Assembly: GCA_963725865.1 (NCBI GenBank)
Contig: CAVSAC010000014.1
Location: 1,024,001-1,088,000 of the forward strand
From: Candidatus Eiseniibacteriota bacterium
Lineage (GTDB): Bacteria; Eisenbacteria; RBG-16-71-46
Length of the DNA: 64,000 nucleotides
Reading direction: 5' to 3'
Within the stretch, counting starts at the first letter, position 1, and every line of letters begins with the position of its first letter. Below are positions 18,300 to 26,101 of the stretch, piece after piece. Below the pieces are notes generated by a model. It saw only the letters and a list, made by a program, of their open reading frames with translations, was not told the DNA's origin and ran no database searches. The translations under genes and the position numbers were made by a program.

Positions 18300-19198
18300 A
18301 CCGCGTCGTCCTCGGAGTGCTGATGCTGGCGGCCGCGCTCGTCGCCGCCTGGTGGGTGTACCCGCCCGACCCGGCGCGCATGCTGCGCGCCCGCAGCGCG
18401 CCGTTCGTGCGACTGGAGCGCGAGCCGCGGCCCGACCTCGGGACGCGCGTGGAGCGCTGGCGCATCCTCGATCAGCGCGGGGACACCACGCTCGCGCTGT
18501 GGCGCGCCGCGCCGGCCGCCGCGCGGCGGCCGTGGACGGTGGTGATGCTGGGGGGCATCGGGACCGGGGATCGCGCCGCGCTGCTGTTTCCCGCCGACCT
18601 GCCGGTCCACGTGCTGGCGGTGGACTGGCCGTGGCGCGGCGACCGGCGAATGAACGGAACCCGGCTCGTCACGCTGCTGCCGGCGATCCGCGGCGCGCTG
18701 CTGCGCACGCCGGCCTGTCTCGCGCGCGGGCTCGACGCGGTGGGCACGGTGCCCGAGGTCGACACCGCGCGGGTGGCGCTGCTCGGCGCCAGCCTCGGCG
18801 TGCCGCCCTCGATCGCCGCGCTGCGACTGACGCACGGCGCGCGCGCGCTGGTGCTGGTCGACGGCTTCGCCGGCCTCGAGCCGGCGCTGCGCTTCGGCCT
18901 CGCGCGCGAGACGCGCCCGCGCTGGATCGCCACCCCGCTCGCGGCGATCGGCGCGCGGCTGCTCGACCCGCTCGAGCCCGCCCACCACGCCGCGGCGCTC
19001 GACCTGCCGGCGCTGGTCGTCAACGCCGAGCGCGACGAGCGCATCCCGCGCGAATGCATGCTGCGGCTGCACGCGCTGCTGCCGCACGCGGCGGTGCGCT
19101 GGCGCGCCGACACGCACGTGCTGCCGCAACGCCGGACCTTGATCGCCGGCCTCGCGCGCGAGGCGGCGGCGTGGCTGGACTCGCTGCCCGCGCGGTGA
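18296..19198 (+). CDS. Membrane-anchored or secreted alpha/beta hydrolase-fold protein
   Basis: GTGA overlap with PhzF stop; N-terminal hydrophobic helix; GASLG nucleophile elbow; ERDERIP; DTH. Confidence 0.7.
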   Translation: MNRVVLGVLMLAAALVAAWWVYPPDPARMLRARSAPFVRLEREPRPDLGTRVERWRILDQRGDTTLALWRAAPAAARRPWTVVMLGGIGTGDRAALLFPADLPVHVLAVDWPWRGDRRMNGTRLVTLLPAIRGALLRTPACLARGLDAVGTVPEVDTARVALLGASLGVPPSIAALRLTHGARALVLVDGFAGLEPALRFGLARETRPRWIATPLAAIGARLLDPLEPAHHAAALDLPALVVNAERDERIPRECMLRLHALLPHAAVRWRADTHVLPQRRTLIAGLAREAAAWLDSLPAR

Positions 19199-19318
19199 AC
19201 CGGGCAGGTCAGTCCGCAGGTCCGCCCTGCACCCTGCGGGACACCCGGGCCGGCCCGGCGCCGGTCCCGCGAATGGCAAGCCGTTGTCGGTCAACGCCCC
19301 GCTCCCGCACGCGCCGCG

Positions 19319-19334
19319 CGGCACGCGGGCTGCT
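19319..19334 (+). promoter_or_regulatory. Candidate sigma54 -24/-12 promoter
   Basis: CGGCACGCGGGCTGCT (GG-N10-GC) about 60 nt upstream of ATG 19395. Confidence 0.4.
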
Positions 19335-19394
19335 CCTGCTTCCGGTCGTCACGCGATCCGCCGCACCCCACGCACCACCCGATCGGAGGAGCAC

Positions 19395-19718
19395 ATGAAG
19401 CGCACGCTCGTCGCCCTCGCGCTGGTCGCGCTCGCGGCCACCCTCGCCACCAGCGCGTTCGCCGGCACCGTCCGCGAAGAGCGCCGGGAGGCCCGCCAGC
19501 AGTCCCGCATCGCGCAGGGCGTGCGCAGCGGCCAGCTCACCCCGCGGGAGACCGCCCGCCTCGAGCGCGGCCAGGTTCGCGTGGACCGCTGGGAGGCGCG
19601 CGCGCGGGCCAACGACGGGCGCATCGGACCGCGCGAGCGCGCCCGCCTCGAGCGCGCGCAGGATCGCCAGAGCCGGCGCATCCATCGCGCGAAGCACAAC
19701 GCACGCGTCTCGCACTGA
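19395..19718 (+). CDS. Small secreted basic helical protein of unknown function
   Basis: GGAGGAG RBS; signal peptide ending AFA; repeated GQLTPRE / GRIGPRE units. Confidence 0.85.
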   Translation: MKRTLVALALVALAATLATSAFAGTVREERREARQQSRIAQGVRSGQLTPRETARLERGQVRVDRWEARARANDGRIGPRERARLERAQDRQSRRIHRAKHNARVSH

Positions 19719-19790
19719 GCAGCGGATCCGTCGCGCGCCCCGTCGAGCAGGTGCCAGGGCTGAGGGGACGGGATCCGCGCGACGAAACGA

Positions 19791-19821
19791 CCCCCGGCGG
19801 CGTCGGCCGCCGGGGGTTCGT
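19791..19821. terminator. Hairpin between convergent genes
   Basis: CCCCCGGCGG-cgtcgg-CCGCCGGGGG followed by TTCGT. Confidence 0.65.
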
Positions 19822-19836
19822 CGTCGGCGAGGGCCC

Positions 19837-21582
19837 TCACGCGTGCGTGGCCACCAGGGACTCGACGCGGCGCACCAGCTCGGCGGGTCGGAACGGCTTC
19901 TCGAGCGTCGCCACTCCGGGCGGCAGCTCGGCGCTCGAGAGGCGCACCTCCTGGCCGCTCGTCACCAGCACCGGCAGCCCGGGATGCCGCGCGCGCAGGA
20001 CCTCGATCAGTCCGCCGACGCTCGTCCCCGGCAGCCACGCCTCGACGATCGCGAGCTTGAGCGGTCCAGGATGACTCTGCAGCGCCCGCGTCACCTCGCC
20101 GCCGGTCGCGGCGGTGAGCACGCTGTAGCCGTGCGCCGCGAGCACCGACTGCGTCAGCCGCAGCAACGCGGGATCGCCGTCGGCAATCAGCACGGTGCCG
20201 GTGGCGGGCGCGAGTGCGTCCTCCGCCGCGCGCGCCGCCGGCGCCGCCAACGGCGCGCGCGCCGCGCGCGGCAGCACGACAGTCAGGGTCGTGCCGCGAC
20301 CGCGCTCGCTGGTCGCCCGCACGTGACCGCCGCTCTGCGCGACGATGCCATGGACCGACGCGAGCCCGAGTCCGGTGCCGCGACCGGCGTCCTTGGTGGT
20401 GAAGAACGGCTCGAACACCCGCGACAGCGTCGCCGGGTCCATCCCGATGCCGGTGTCGGTGACGGAGATCGCGACGTGCGGACCGGCCATGGTGCCGGGA
20501 TGGAGTGCGGCCTCCTGGGCGTCGACGTCGAGCGCCTCGGTGCGGATCACGACGCGGCCACCATCGGGCATCGCGTCGCGCGCGTTCACGACCAGATTGA
20601 CGAGCACCTGCTCGAGCTGCCCGGGGTCCACCAGCACCGCGCCCGCCTCCGGAGCGAACGCGGTCACCAGGGTGATCGCGTCCCCCGCGAGGCGGCGCAG
20701 CAGCGGCGCCACGTGCTCCACGACGTCACGCGCCTCGACCACCTGGGGGTGCAGCACCTGCCGCCGGCTGAACGCGAGCAGCTGCTGCGTGAGCGCCGCG
20801 GCGCGCTGTCCGGCGGCGGAGATCTCGGCGAGGTCGCGGTGGAGCGGGGTGTCCCGGGGCGTCTGCTCGCTGCACAGCTCGGCGTAGCCGATGATCGCGG
20901 TCAGCAGATTGTTGAAGTCGTGCGCCACGCCGCCGGCCAGCAGGCCGACCGCCTCGAGCTTCTGCTTGTGCAGCACGCGCCCTTCCAGCTCGCGCTGCGC
21001 CGAGATGTCGAGCACCAGGCTGGCGACGAGGTCGTCCTGGTGCTCGACGCGCACGCTCCCGATCACCACCGGGACTCGGTGCCCGTCGGGGCGCAGGAGC
21101 TCGACCGCCAGCGGGGGCGCGGGGCCGCGGCCCTCGAGCGGCTCGCTCATCGCCTGCACGGCGCCCGCGTACTCCTCCGGGATGCAGCTCCAGGCATTGA
21201 CGCGGCCGTCGGCGAGGTCCGCGCGCCGCAGGCCCGAGATGCGCTCGAACGCGGAGTTGGCGTCGATCACCTGGCCGCCGCGGCGCGAGAGCACCATCCC
21301 CACGAGCGGGGAGTCGAACAGCGCGCGGAAGTGGGCCTGGTGCTCGTGGGCGCGCCGCTCGCTCGCGTCGCGTCGCGCGAACTCGAAGCGCATGAGGAAG
21401 AACAGCATCACCCCGGTCGCGAGCACGAAACCGACGCCCTTGACGCTCTGGAGGCGTGACAGCGTCGCGCTGTCGTGCACCAGCGACTCCACCAGGCGGT
21501 CGCTGAACACGATGTACAGGCCGGCGACGAGGATGTAGATGCCGGCCAGCCGGAACGCGGCGCCGAGGTGGGAGCGATGCAT
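19837..21582 (-). CDS. Membrane hybrid sensor histidine kinase (2 TM, PAS, HisKA, HATPase, atypical receiver)
   Basis: GGVAHDFNNLL (H box), NLVVNARDAM (N), DTGIGM (G1), FEPFFTTK (F), GTGLGL (G2); C-terminal REC with KPF. Confidence 0.92.
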   Translation of the reverse strand: MHRSHLGAAFRLAGIYILVAGLYIVFSDRLVESLVHDSATLSRLQSVKGVGFVLATGVMLFFLMRFEFARRDASERRAHEHQAHFRALFDSPLVGMVLSRRGGQVIDANSAFERISGLRRADLADGRVNAWSCIPEEYAGAVQAMSEPLEGRGPAPPLAVELLRPDGHRVPVVIGSVRVEHQDDLVASLVLDISAQRELEGRVLHKQKLEAVGLLAGGVAHDFNNLLTAIIGYAELCSEQTPRDTPLHRDLAEISAAGQRAAALTQQLLAFSRRQVLHPQVVEARDVVEHVAPLLRRLAGDAITLVTAFAPEAGAVLVDPGQLEQVLVNLVVNARDAMPDGGRVVIRTEALDVDAQEAALHPGTMAGPHVAISVTDTGIGMDPATLSRVFEPFFTTKDAGRGTGLGLASVHGIVAQSGGHVRATSERGRGTTLTVVLPRAARAPLAAPAARAAEDALAPATGTVLIADGDPALLRLTQSVLAAHGYSVLTAATGGEVTRALQSHPGPLKLAIVEAWLPGTSVGGLIEVLRARHPGLPVLVTSGQEVRLSSAELPPGVATLEKPFRPAELVRRVESLVATHA

Positions 21583-21629
21583 CGACGGGCTCCGGGGGGA
21601 GAGGAGGGTCGGCAGGGGCTACTGGATGC

Positions 21630-21658
21630 AGGCTAGCCTCCCCAGGGACCGCCGACAA
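21630..21658 (-). promoter_or_regulatory. Candidate sigma70 promoter of the histidine kinase
   Basis: TTGTCG-N17-TAGCCT on the minus strand. Confidence 0.5.
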
Positions 21659-21688
21659 CCTCTCGCTGCGGCGCCTCTCGCTGCGGCG
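21659..21688. repeat. Perfect 15-nt tandem duplication CCTCTCGCTGCGGCG
   Basis: Copies at 21659-21673 and 21674-21688. Confidence 0.85.
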
Positions 21689-21691
21689 TTC

Positions 21692-23050
21692 CTAGCGGGC
21701 GTCCTCCTTGCGGCGGGGCCGACTCAGCTCGAGCGCCCGCGTGAACGCCACCGCGATGCGCGGGCCCCCGCGTCGAGGCCCGAGCGGCCAGGCGTAGTCG
21801 AAACGGATGAGATCGTCCGGTGTCGGCAGCCCGGGCTGGTAGTAGAGCGAGACGCCGGCCTCGGGCAGCCAGTCGCCCGCGCGCGGCCAGTCGGTGCCGT
21901 CCCGCCGGCGACCGGTGTAGGGATCGACGCCCCAGACCGCGCCGGTGGAGACGAACAGCCCGGCCTGGATCGGCGTCGCGTCCGGATGCGGCAGCCGCGC
22001 GGCCGCGAGCACGTCGAACGTCGTCACCAGGTCGAGGCGCCCGAGCGCGAGCCCGCTGCCGCCGCGGTCATCGCCGTCGGACGTGCTCAGCGTGCCGCCG
22101 CCGAGGTAGAACGCGGCCTGCGGCACCAGCGGGCCCGCCAGCCGTCCGTAGACCAGTTGCGGCACCAGCGCGAGCGGCCGGCCGAGTCCGAGGTCGCCGC
22201 CGAGGCTCAGGCGCGTGCGCCGGTACTCGAAGTCGCTCCCGGTCGCGCGCCCGGCGGTGAGGTAGCGCACGTCGAGGTCGAGCGGCGTGAACGGAACCCG
22301 CACGCCGCCGGAGAGCCGCAGCTCGCGCGCGCGTCCGCGCCACGCCGGCAGGTTGTCGGGCACGCGCAGCTCCCGATCGAGCAGGTTCCACGTGGTGGTC
22401 ACCGGCAGCGGGCGCTCGAGCTGGTCGCGGAAGCCGACGCCGACGCGCCAGCGCGCGCGCTCGTGCTCGAGCGCCACCGTCACCCCGTCGCGCCGCAGCA
22501 GGCGCCGCGTGTCGGAGCCGAACACCAGCGCGCGCAGCGTCGTCAGGCCGCGCCCCGGCCGGTCGCGGTCCAGGGTCGCGCTCATGCGCCCGACGTCGAC
22601 CATGAGCCGCACGGGCGCTCCGCGCAGCGGGCGCTCGATGCGCAGCGTGCCGCCGCCGAGCCAGGTGTCCGCGCCTGCCGCGAACCGCGCGCGCCCTTCG
22701 AGCCGCACGCCGGTCAGCGGATTGCCGAGGCCGGCGCCGCCGCCCCACGAGGTCCCGTCGATGCGATCGAAGCGCACGTCCGGCCAGGCCGCGAGCCGCA
22801 GGCGCGGGCGGCGCGGTGGCCGGGAGATCCCCGCGACCAGCGCGCTGTCGAGCCCCGAGGTGTCGATCGGCGCGGTGGTGGTCCCGAAGTAGCGGTCGGT
22901 CGAATCGGCCAGCCCACCGAGGAAGCGCCCGAGCGCGCTGTCGGGCTCCGCACCCTGCGCGCCCGCGACCGACGGGGCGAGCGCAGTACCCGCGAGCGCG
23001 AGCGCGGCCACGACGGCGCGGACGAGGCGGCGGCCGCCGGCGATCGTCAT
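21692..23050 (-). CDS. Predicted outer-membrane beta-barrel protein (resembles C-terminal half of DUF5686-type proteins)
   Basis: Signal peptide; amphipathic beta-strand pattern; RFDRIDG, IRFDYAWP; ATGA-coupled to upstream gene. Confidence 0.65.
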   Translation of the reverse strand: MTIAGGRRLVRAVVAALALAGTALAPSVAGAQGAEPDSALGRFLGGLADSTDRYFGTTTAPIDTSGLDSALVAGISRPPRRPRLRLAAWPDVRFDRIDGTSWGGGAGLGNPLTGVRLEGRARFAAGADTWLGGGTLRIERPLRGAPVRLMVDVGRMSATLDRDRPGRGLTTLRALVFGSDTRRLLRRDGVTVALEHERARWRVGVGFRDQLERPLPVTTTWNLLDRELRVPDNLPAWRGRARELRLSGGVRVPFTPLDLDVRYLTAGRATGSDFEYRRTRLSLGGDLGLGRPLALVPQLVYGRLAGPLVPQAAFYLGGGTLSTSDGDDRGGSGLALGRLDLVTTFDVLAAARLPHPDATPIQAGLFVSTGAVWGVDPYTGRRRDGTDWPRAGDWLPEAGVSLYYQPGLPTPDDLIRFDYAWPLGPRRGGPRIAVAFTRALELSRPRRKEDAR

Positions 23051-23895
23051 GGCGTGGCCTTCCGATGCGGCCGTCCCGGCGTGGCGAACAACGAGTCGGG
23101 CAGCCCGCGGTTGATCGCGTAGTCGTCGAACGCCAGCGCGAAGTCGAACGTGCGCCCCAGGCCCGGCAGCGGCATGGTGGCGTCCGCGCGCAGCAGCACG
23201 CGGTGCAGCACCCAATGCCCGTCGGCCTGCGTCCGCTCGATCACCATGCGCCGCACGCCCTTCAGGAACAGCGGCACCGGCGACCGCTCGAACGCCACTT
23301 CCTGGCGCACGATCACGAAGTCGTTGGTGTCCACCCACACCAGCCCGCTCGGCCGGGTGGGGTCGAGCCGCGAACGCGGCTCGAACGCGATCTGGTAGAT
23401 CAGCCGCGGGCCCGGCAGCACCTCGCGTCCCACGATGTGATAGCGGAAGTCGCGGCGCGCCGCCGGCTGGAACGCGAAGTTCACGATGTCCTCGCTCATC
23501 GAGGAGCCGACGTCGACATCGACCTCGGCCCTGGCCCGCTTGGGCTTCCGCGCGCGGTACTCGCGGAGCACCACGCTGCGCGCGCGGTCGGGGCGCTGCT
23601 TCCAGACCTGCAGCACGGTCTCGCTCTCGAGCGTCGGCGGCTTGCGGGGGTCGGCCGCATCGCGCACCAGGCGGAGGGTCATCCGGAAGGTCTGGTCGTG
23701 GAGCATCGAGTCGCGCCGCGACTCGCCACGCACCACGCGCGCGAGGATCTCGTCGAGCGTGACCCGCGGCGCGCGCACGAGCACCTCGGGCACCTCGGTG
23801 TGCAGCGTGTCCTCGCGCGCCAGCGTGGGGCCGCCGGCAGGCGCGGGCGCCACGGACAGCACGATGGAGGTGAGGAGCGGCAGGAGTGCGGTCAT
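23047..23895 (-). CDS. Secreted hypothetical protein (resembles N-terminal half of DUF5686-type proteins)
   Basis: Signal peptide; FRYHIVG...IYQIAFEPR...GLVWVDTNDFVIVR; FDDYAINRGLPDSLF. Confidence 0.65.
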   Translation of the reverse strand: MTALLPLLTSIVLSVAPAPAGGPTLAREDTLHTEVPEVLVRAPRVTLDEILARVVRGESRRDSMLHDQTFRMTLRLVRDAADPRKPPTLESETVLQVWKQRPDRARSVVLREYRARKPKRARAEVDVDVGSSMSEDIVNFAFQPAARRDFRYHIVGREVLPGPRLIYQIAFEPRSRLDPTRPSGLVWVDTNDFVIVRQEVAFERSPVPLFLKGVRRMVIERTQADGHWVLHRVLLRADATMPLPGLGRTFDFALAFDDYAINRGLPDSLFATPGRPHRKATP

Positions 23896-24111
23896 GGGTC
23901 CTCGGGCGGCGCGGCATGCTAGCCCGGGGTGCTGCGCGCCCGCAACACCCTGCGACGCCGCGGCCACACCGCCGGTCCACCCCGCAGGGGGTTGCCTCGC
24001 ATCGAGCTATGCGGCAGCGTCCTCGAGCAAGGAATGGTCCGGCACGCGCCGTGCGAAGGTAGTCGTCCGACCGTGCCGTCGTGGCCGTTCACCCGTCAGA
24101 AGGAGGAGATC

Positions 24112-24936
24112 GTGAACCGTCGTCAGGTTTCCGCTGCCGTGCTGGTGGCGGTCGTGCTGCTTCCGGGGCTGGCCCTCGCGAGCCCGACCCCGGCGACGTC
24201 CGAGGTCGCCGTCCACTTCGCCTCCGAGGCGGGCTCGGTGCCCGCCGAGTTCGCCGCGAACGCGCTCGCGATCGGCGCCACGTTCCTGCCGGGTGCCCAG
24301 CAACCCTACGCGGCCGTGCGCTATCGCCCGCGCTCGGGGGGCAGCCGCTACGTGCGCGGCCCGCTCCCGTCGAGCCCGGTCCAGTTCCACGCCGGCTTCT
24401 TCGATCCCGAGGGCGAGGCGGGCAACTCGTTCGTCGCCGGCTTCCGCGCCGGCCCGCAGGTCGACCCGCACATCCAGGTCGGGCTCGGCCTCGACTGGAT
24501 GCACAAGTCGGAGAACAGCACCTCCGTGATCTCGGAGACCGGCGGACCGGGCGGCACCACCATCACCACCCGCCAGCAGCTGAGCGAGTCGTCCTCGAAT
24601 CTGTTCCCGATCATGGCATTCATGCAGTTCAACGCCGACGACAACCTGCCCGTGATCCCGTACTTCGGCGTGAGCGGCGGCTACCAGGTGCTGTTCCTCT
24701 CGGCCACCGACTTCACGACCGGCAACGAGTTCGACGGGACGTTCGGCGGCTGGGCGTGGCAGGCCTGGGGCGGGCTCGCGATGCCGCTGTCGGGCCAGGC
24801 GCGCCTGAACGGCGAGCTGTTCGTGAACAACGGCGAGGCCAGCCGCGACACGGACGGCCCGACCGGCATCACCTACCACGAGACGGTCAGCCTCGACGGC
24901 GTCGGCGCGCGCTTCGGCCTGAGCTGGGGCTTCTAG
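24112..24936 (+). CDS. Outer-membrane beta-barrel protein
   Basis: AGGAGGAG before GTG 24112; signal peptide; IPYFGVSGGY; C-terminal GLSWGF (BAM-type terminal Phe). Confidence 0.8.
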   Translation: MNRRQVSAAVLVAVVLLPGLALASPTPATSEVAVHFASEAGSVPAEFAANALAIGATFLPGAQQPYAAVRYRPRSGGSRYVRGPLPSSPVQFHAGFFDPEGEAGNSFVAGFRAGPQVDPHIQVGLGLDWMHKSENSTSVISETGGPGGTTITTRQQLSESSSNLFPIMAFMQFNADDNLPVIPYFGVSGGYQVLFLSATDFTTGNEFDGTFGGWAWQAWGGLAMPLSGQARLNGELFVNNGEASRDTDGPTGITYHETVSLDGVGARFGLSWGF

Positions 24937-25042
24937 GCCCTCTCTGCCCGAGCCGGGTCACCCGGGCGATCGCCGGCACGCACCTCACGGCGATCGTGCG
25001 CCGGCTCCGCTTCGTGCGGAGCCGGCGCTTCCGTTGGCGGCC

Positions 25043-25071
25043 TTGCCGCGCCTCCGGTGCTGCCCTACGCT
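25043..25071 (+). promoter_or_regulatory. Candidate sigma70 promoter for nth-sppA
   Basis: TTGCCG-N17-TACGCT, ending 10 nt before ATG 25082. Confidence 0.5.
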
Positions 25072-25081
25072 CCCGCGCGTC

Positions 25082-26069
25082 ATGGCACGCAAGCCTCCTC
25101 GTCGTCGTCGCGACTCCGACCCGCGTGCGCGCGTGCCGGGCTCCCAGCGCCCGCGCAAGGCGCCCGGCCAGGGCCGCGCGCAGGCGCGCACCGCGACCCG
25201 CGGCGCCACGCCCGGCGGCGCCGGATCGGCGCATCGCGCACGGGCGCCCAGGCCGCCCGGCGCCGACGCGGTGCGGCGCGCGAGCGCGGCGCGGCGCGCG
25301 ACCCCGGCCCGCCGGCGGCGCGTCCGGCACGGCGTCCGCGAAGGCCGGGCCGGCGAAGGCCGCGCCGGCGAAGCGGACGAAGGCGGCCCGCAAGGGCGCG
25401 GCACCCGCGCGGCGCCGGCGCTTCACGCCGCCCGAGCCCGCCCGCGTCACGGCGCTGCTCGGGCTGCTCGAGCGGATCTACCCCGATGCGCGGAGCGCGC
25501 TCGACTTCCGCTCGCCGCTCCAGCTGCTGATCGCGACCATCCTGTCGGCGCAGTGCACCGACGAGCGCGTCAACCAGACCACGCCGGCGCTGTTCGAGCG
25601 GTTCCCGGACGCGGTGGCACTCGCGGGCGCCGACCTCGCCGAGCTCGAAGGACTGATCCGCTCGACCGGCTTCTTCCGCATGAAGGCGAAGGCCATCCAG
25701 TCGTGCTGCGCCGACATCGTGGCGAAGCACGGCGGCGAGGTGCCGCGCACGATGGAGGCGCTGACCGCGCTGCGCGGCGTCGGACGCAAGACCGCGAACG
25801 TGGTGCTCGGAAACGCCTACGGGATCCCCGGGCTGGTGGTCGACACGCATGTCACGCGGCTCTCGCACCGGCTCGGCCTCACCCGCGAGACCGACGCCGT
25901 GAAGATCGAGTACGCGCTCCAGCCGCTGGTGCCGCAGGCGTCGTGGACGCTGTTCTCGCACTGGCTCATCCTGCACGGCCGCCGCGTGTGCGTCGCGCGC
26001 AAGCCGCGCTGCTCCGTGTGTCCGCTCGCACCCCACTGCCCGCGTCTCGGCGTGACCGCCTCGCAGTAG
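25082..26069 (+). CDS. nth: Endonuclease III with basic low-complexity N-terminal extension; start uncertain, apparent frameshift near 25290-25320
   Basis: LIATILSAQCTDERVN, HhH LRGVGRKTANVV, VDTHV, CVARKPRCSVCPLAPHC 4Fe-4S motif. Catalytic core from about 25420; ATG 25082 is out of frame with it; in-frame GTG at 25125. Confidence 0.9.
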
Positions 26070-26101
26070 GCGGACGCTCCGCGCGGGCCGAGGTCCGCCC
26101 G

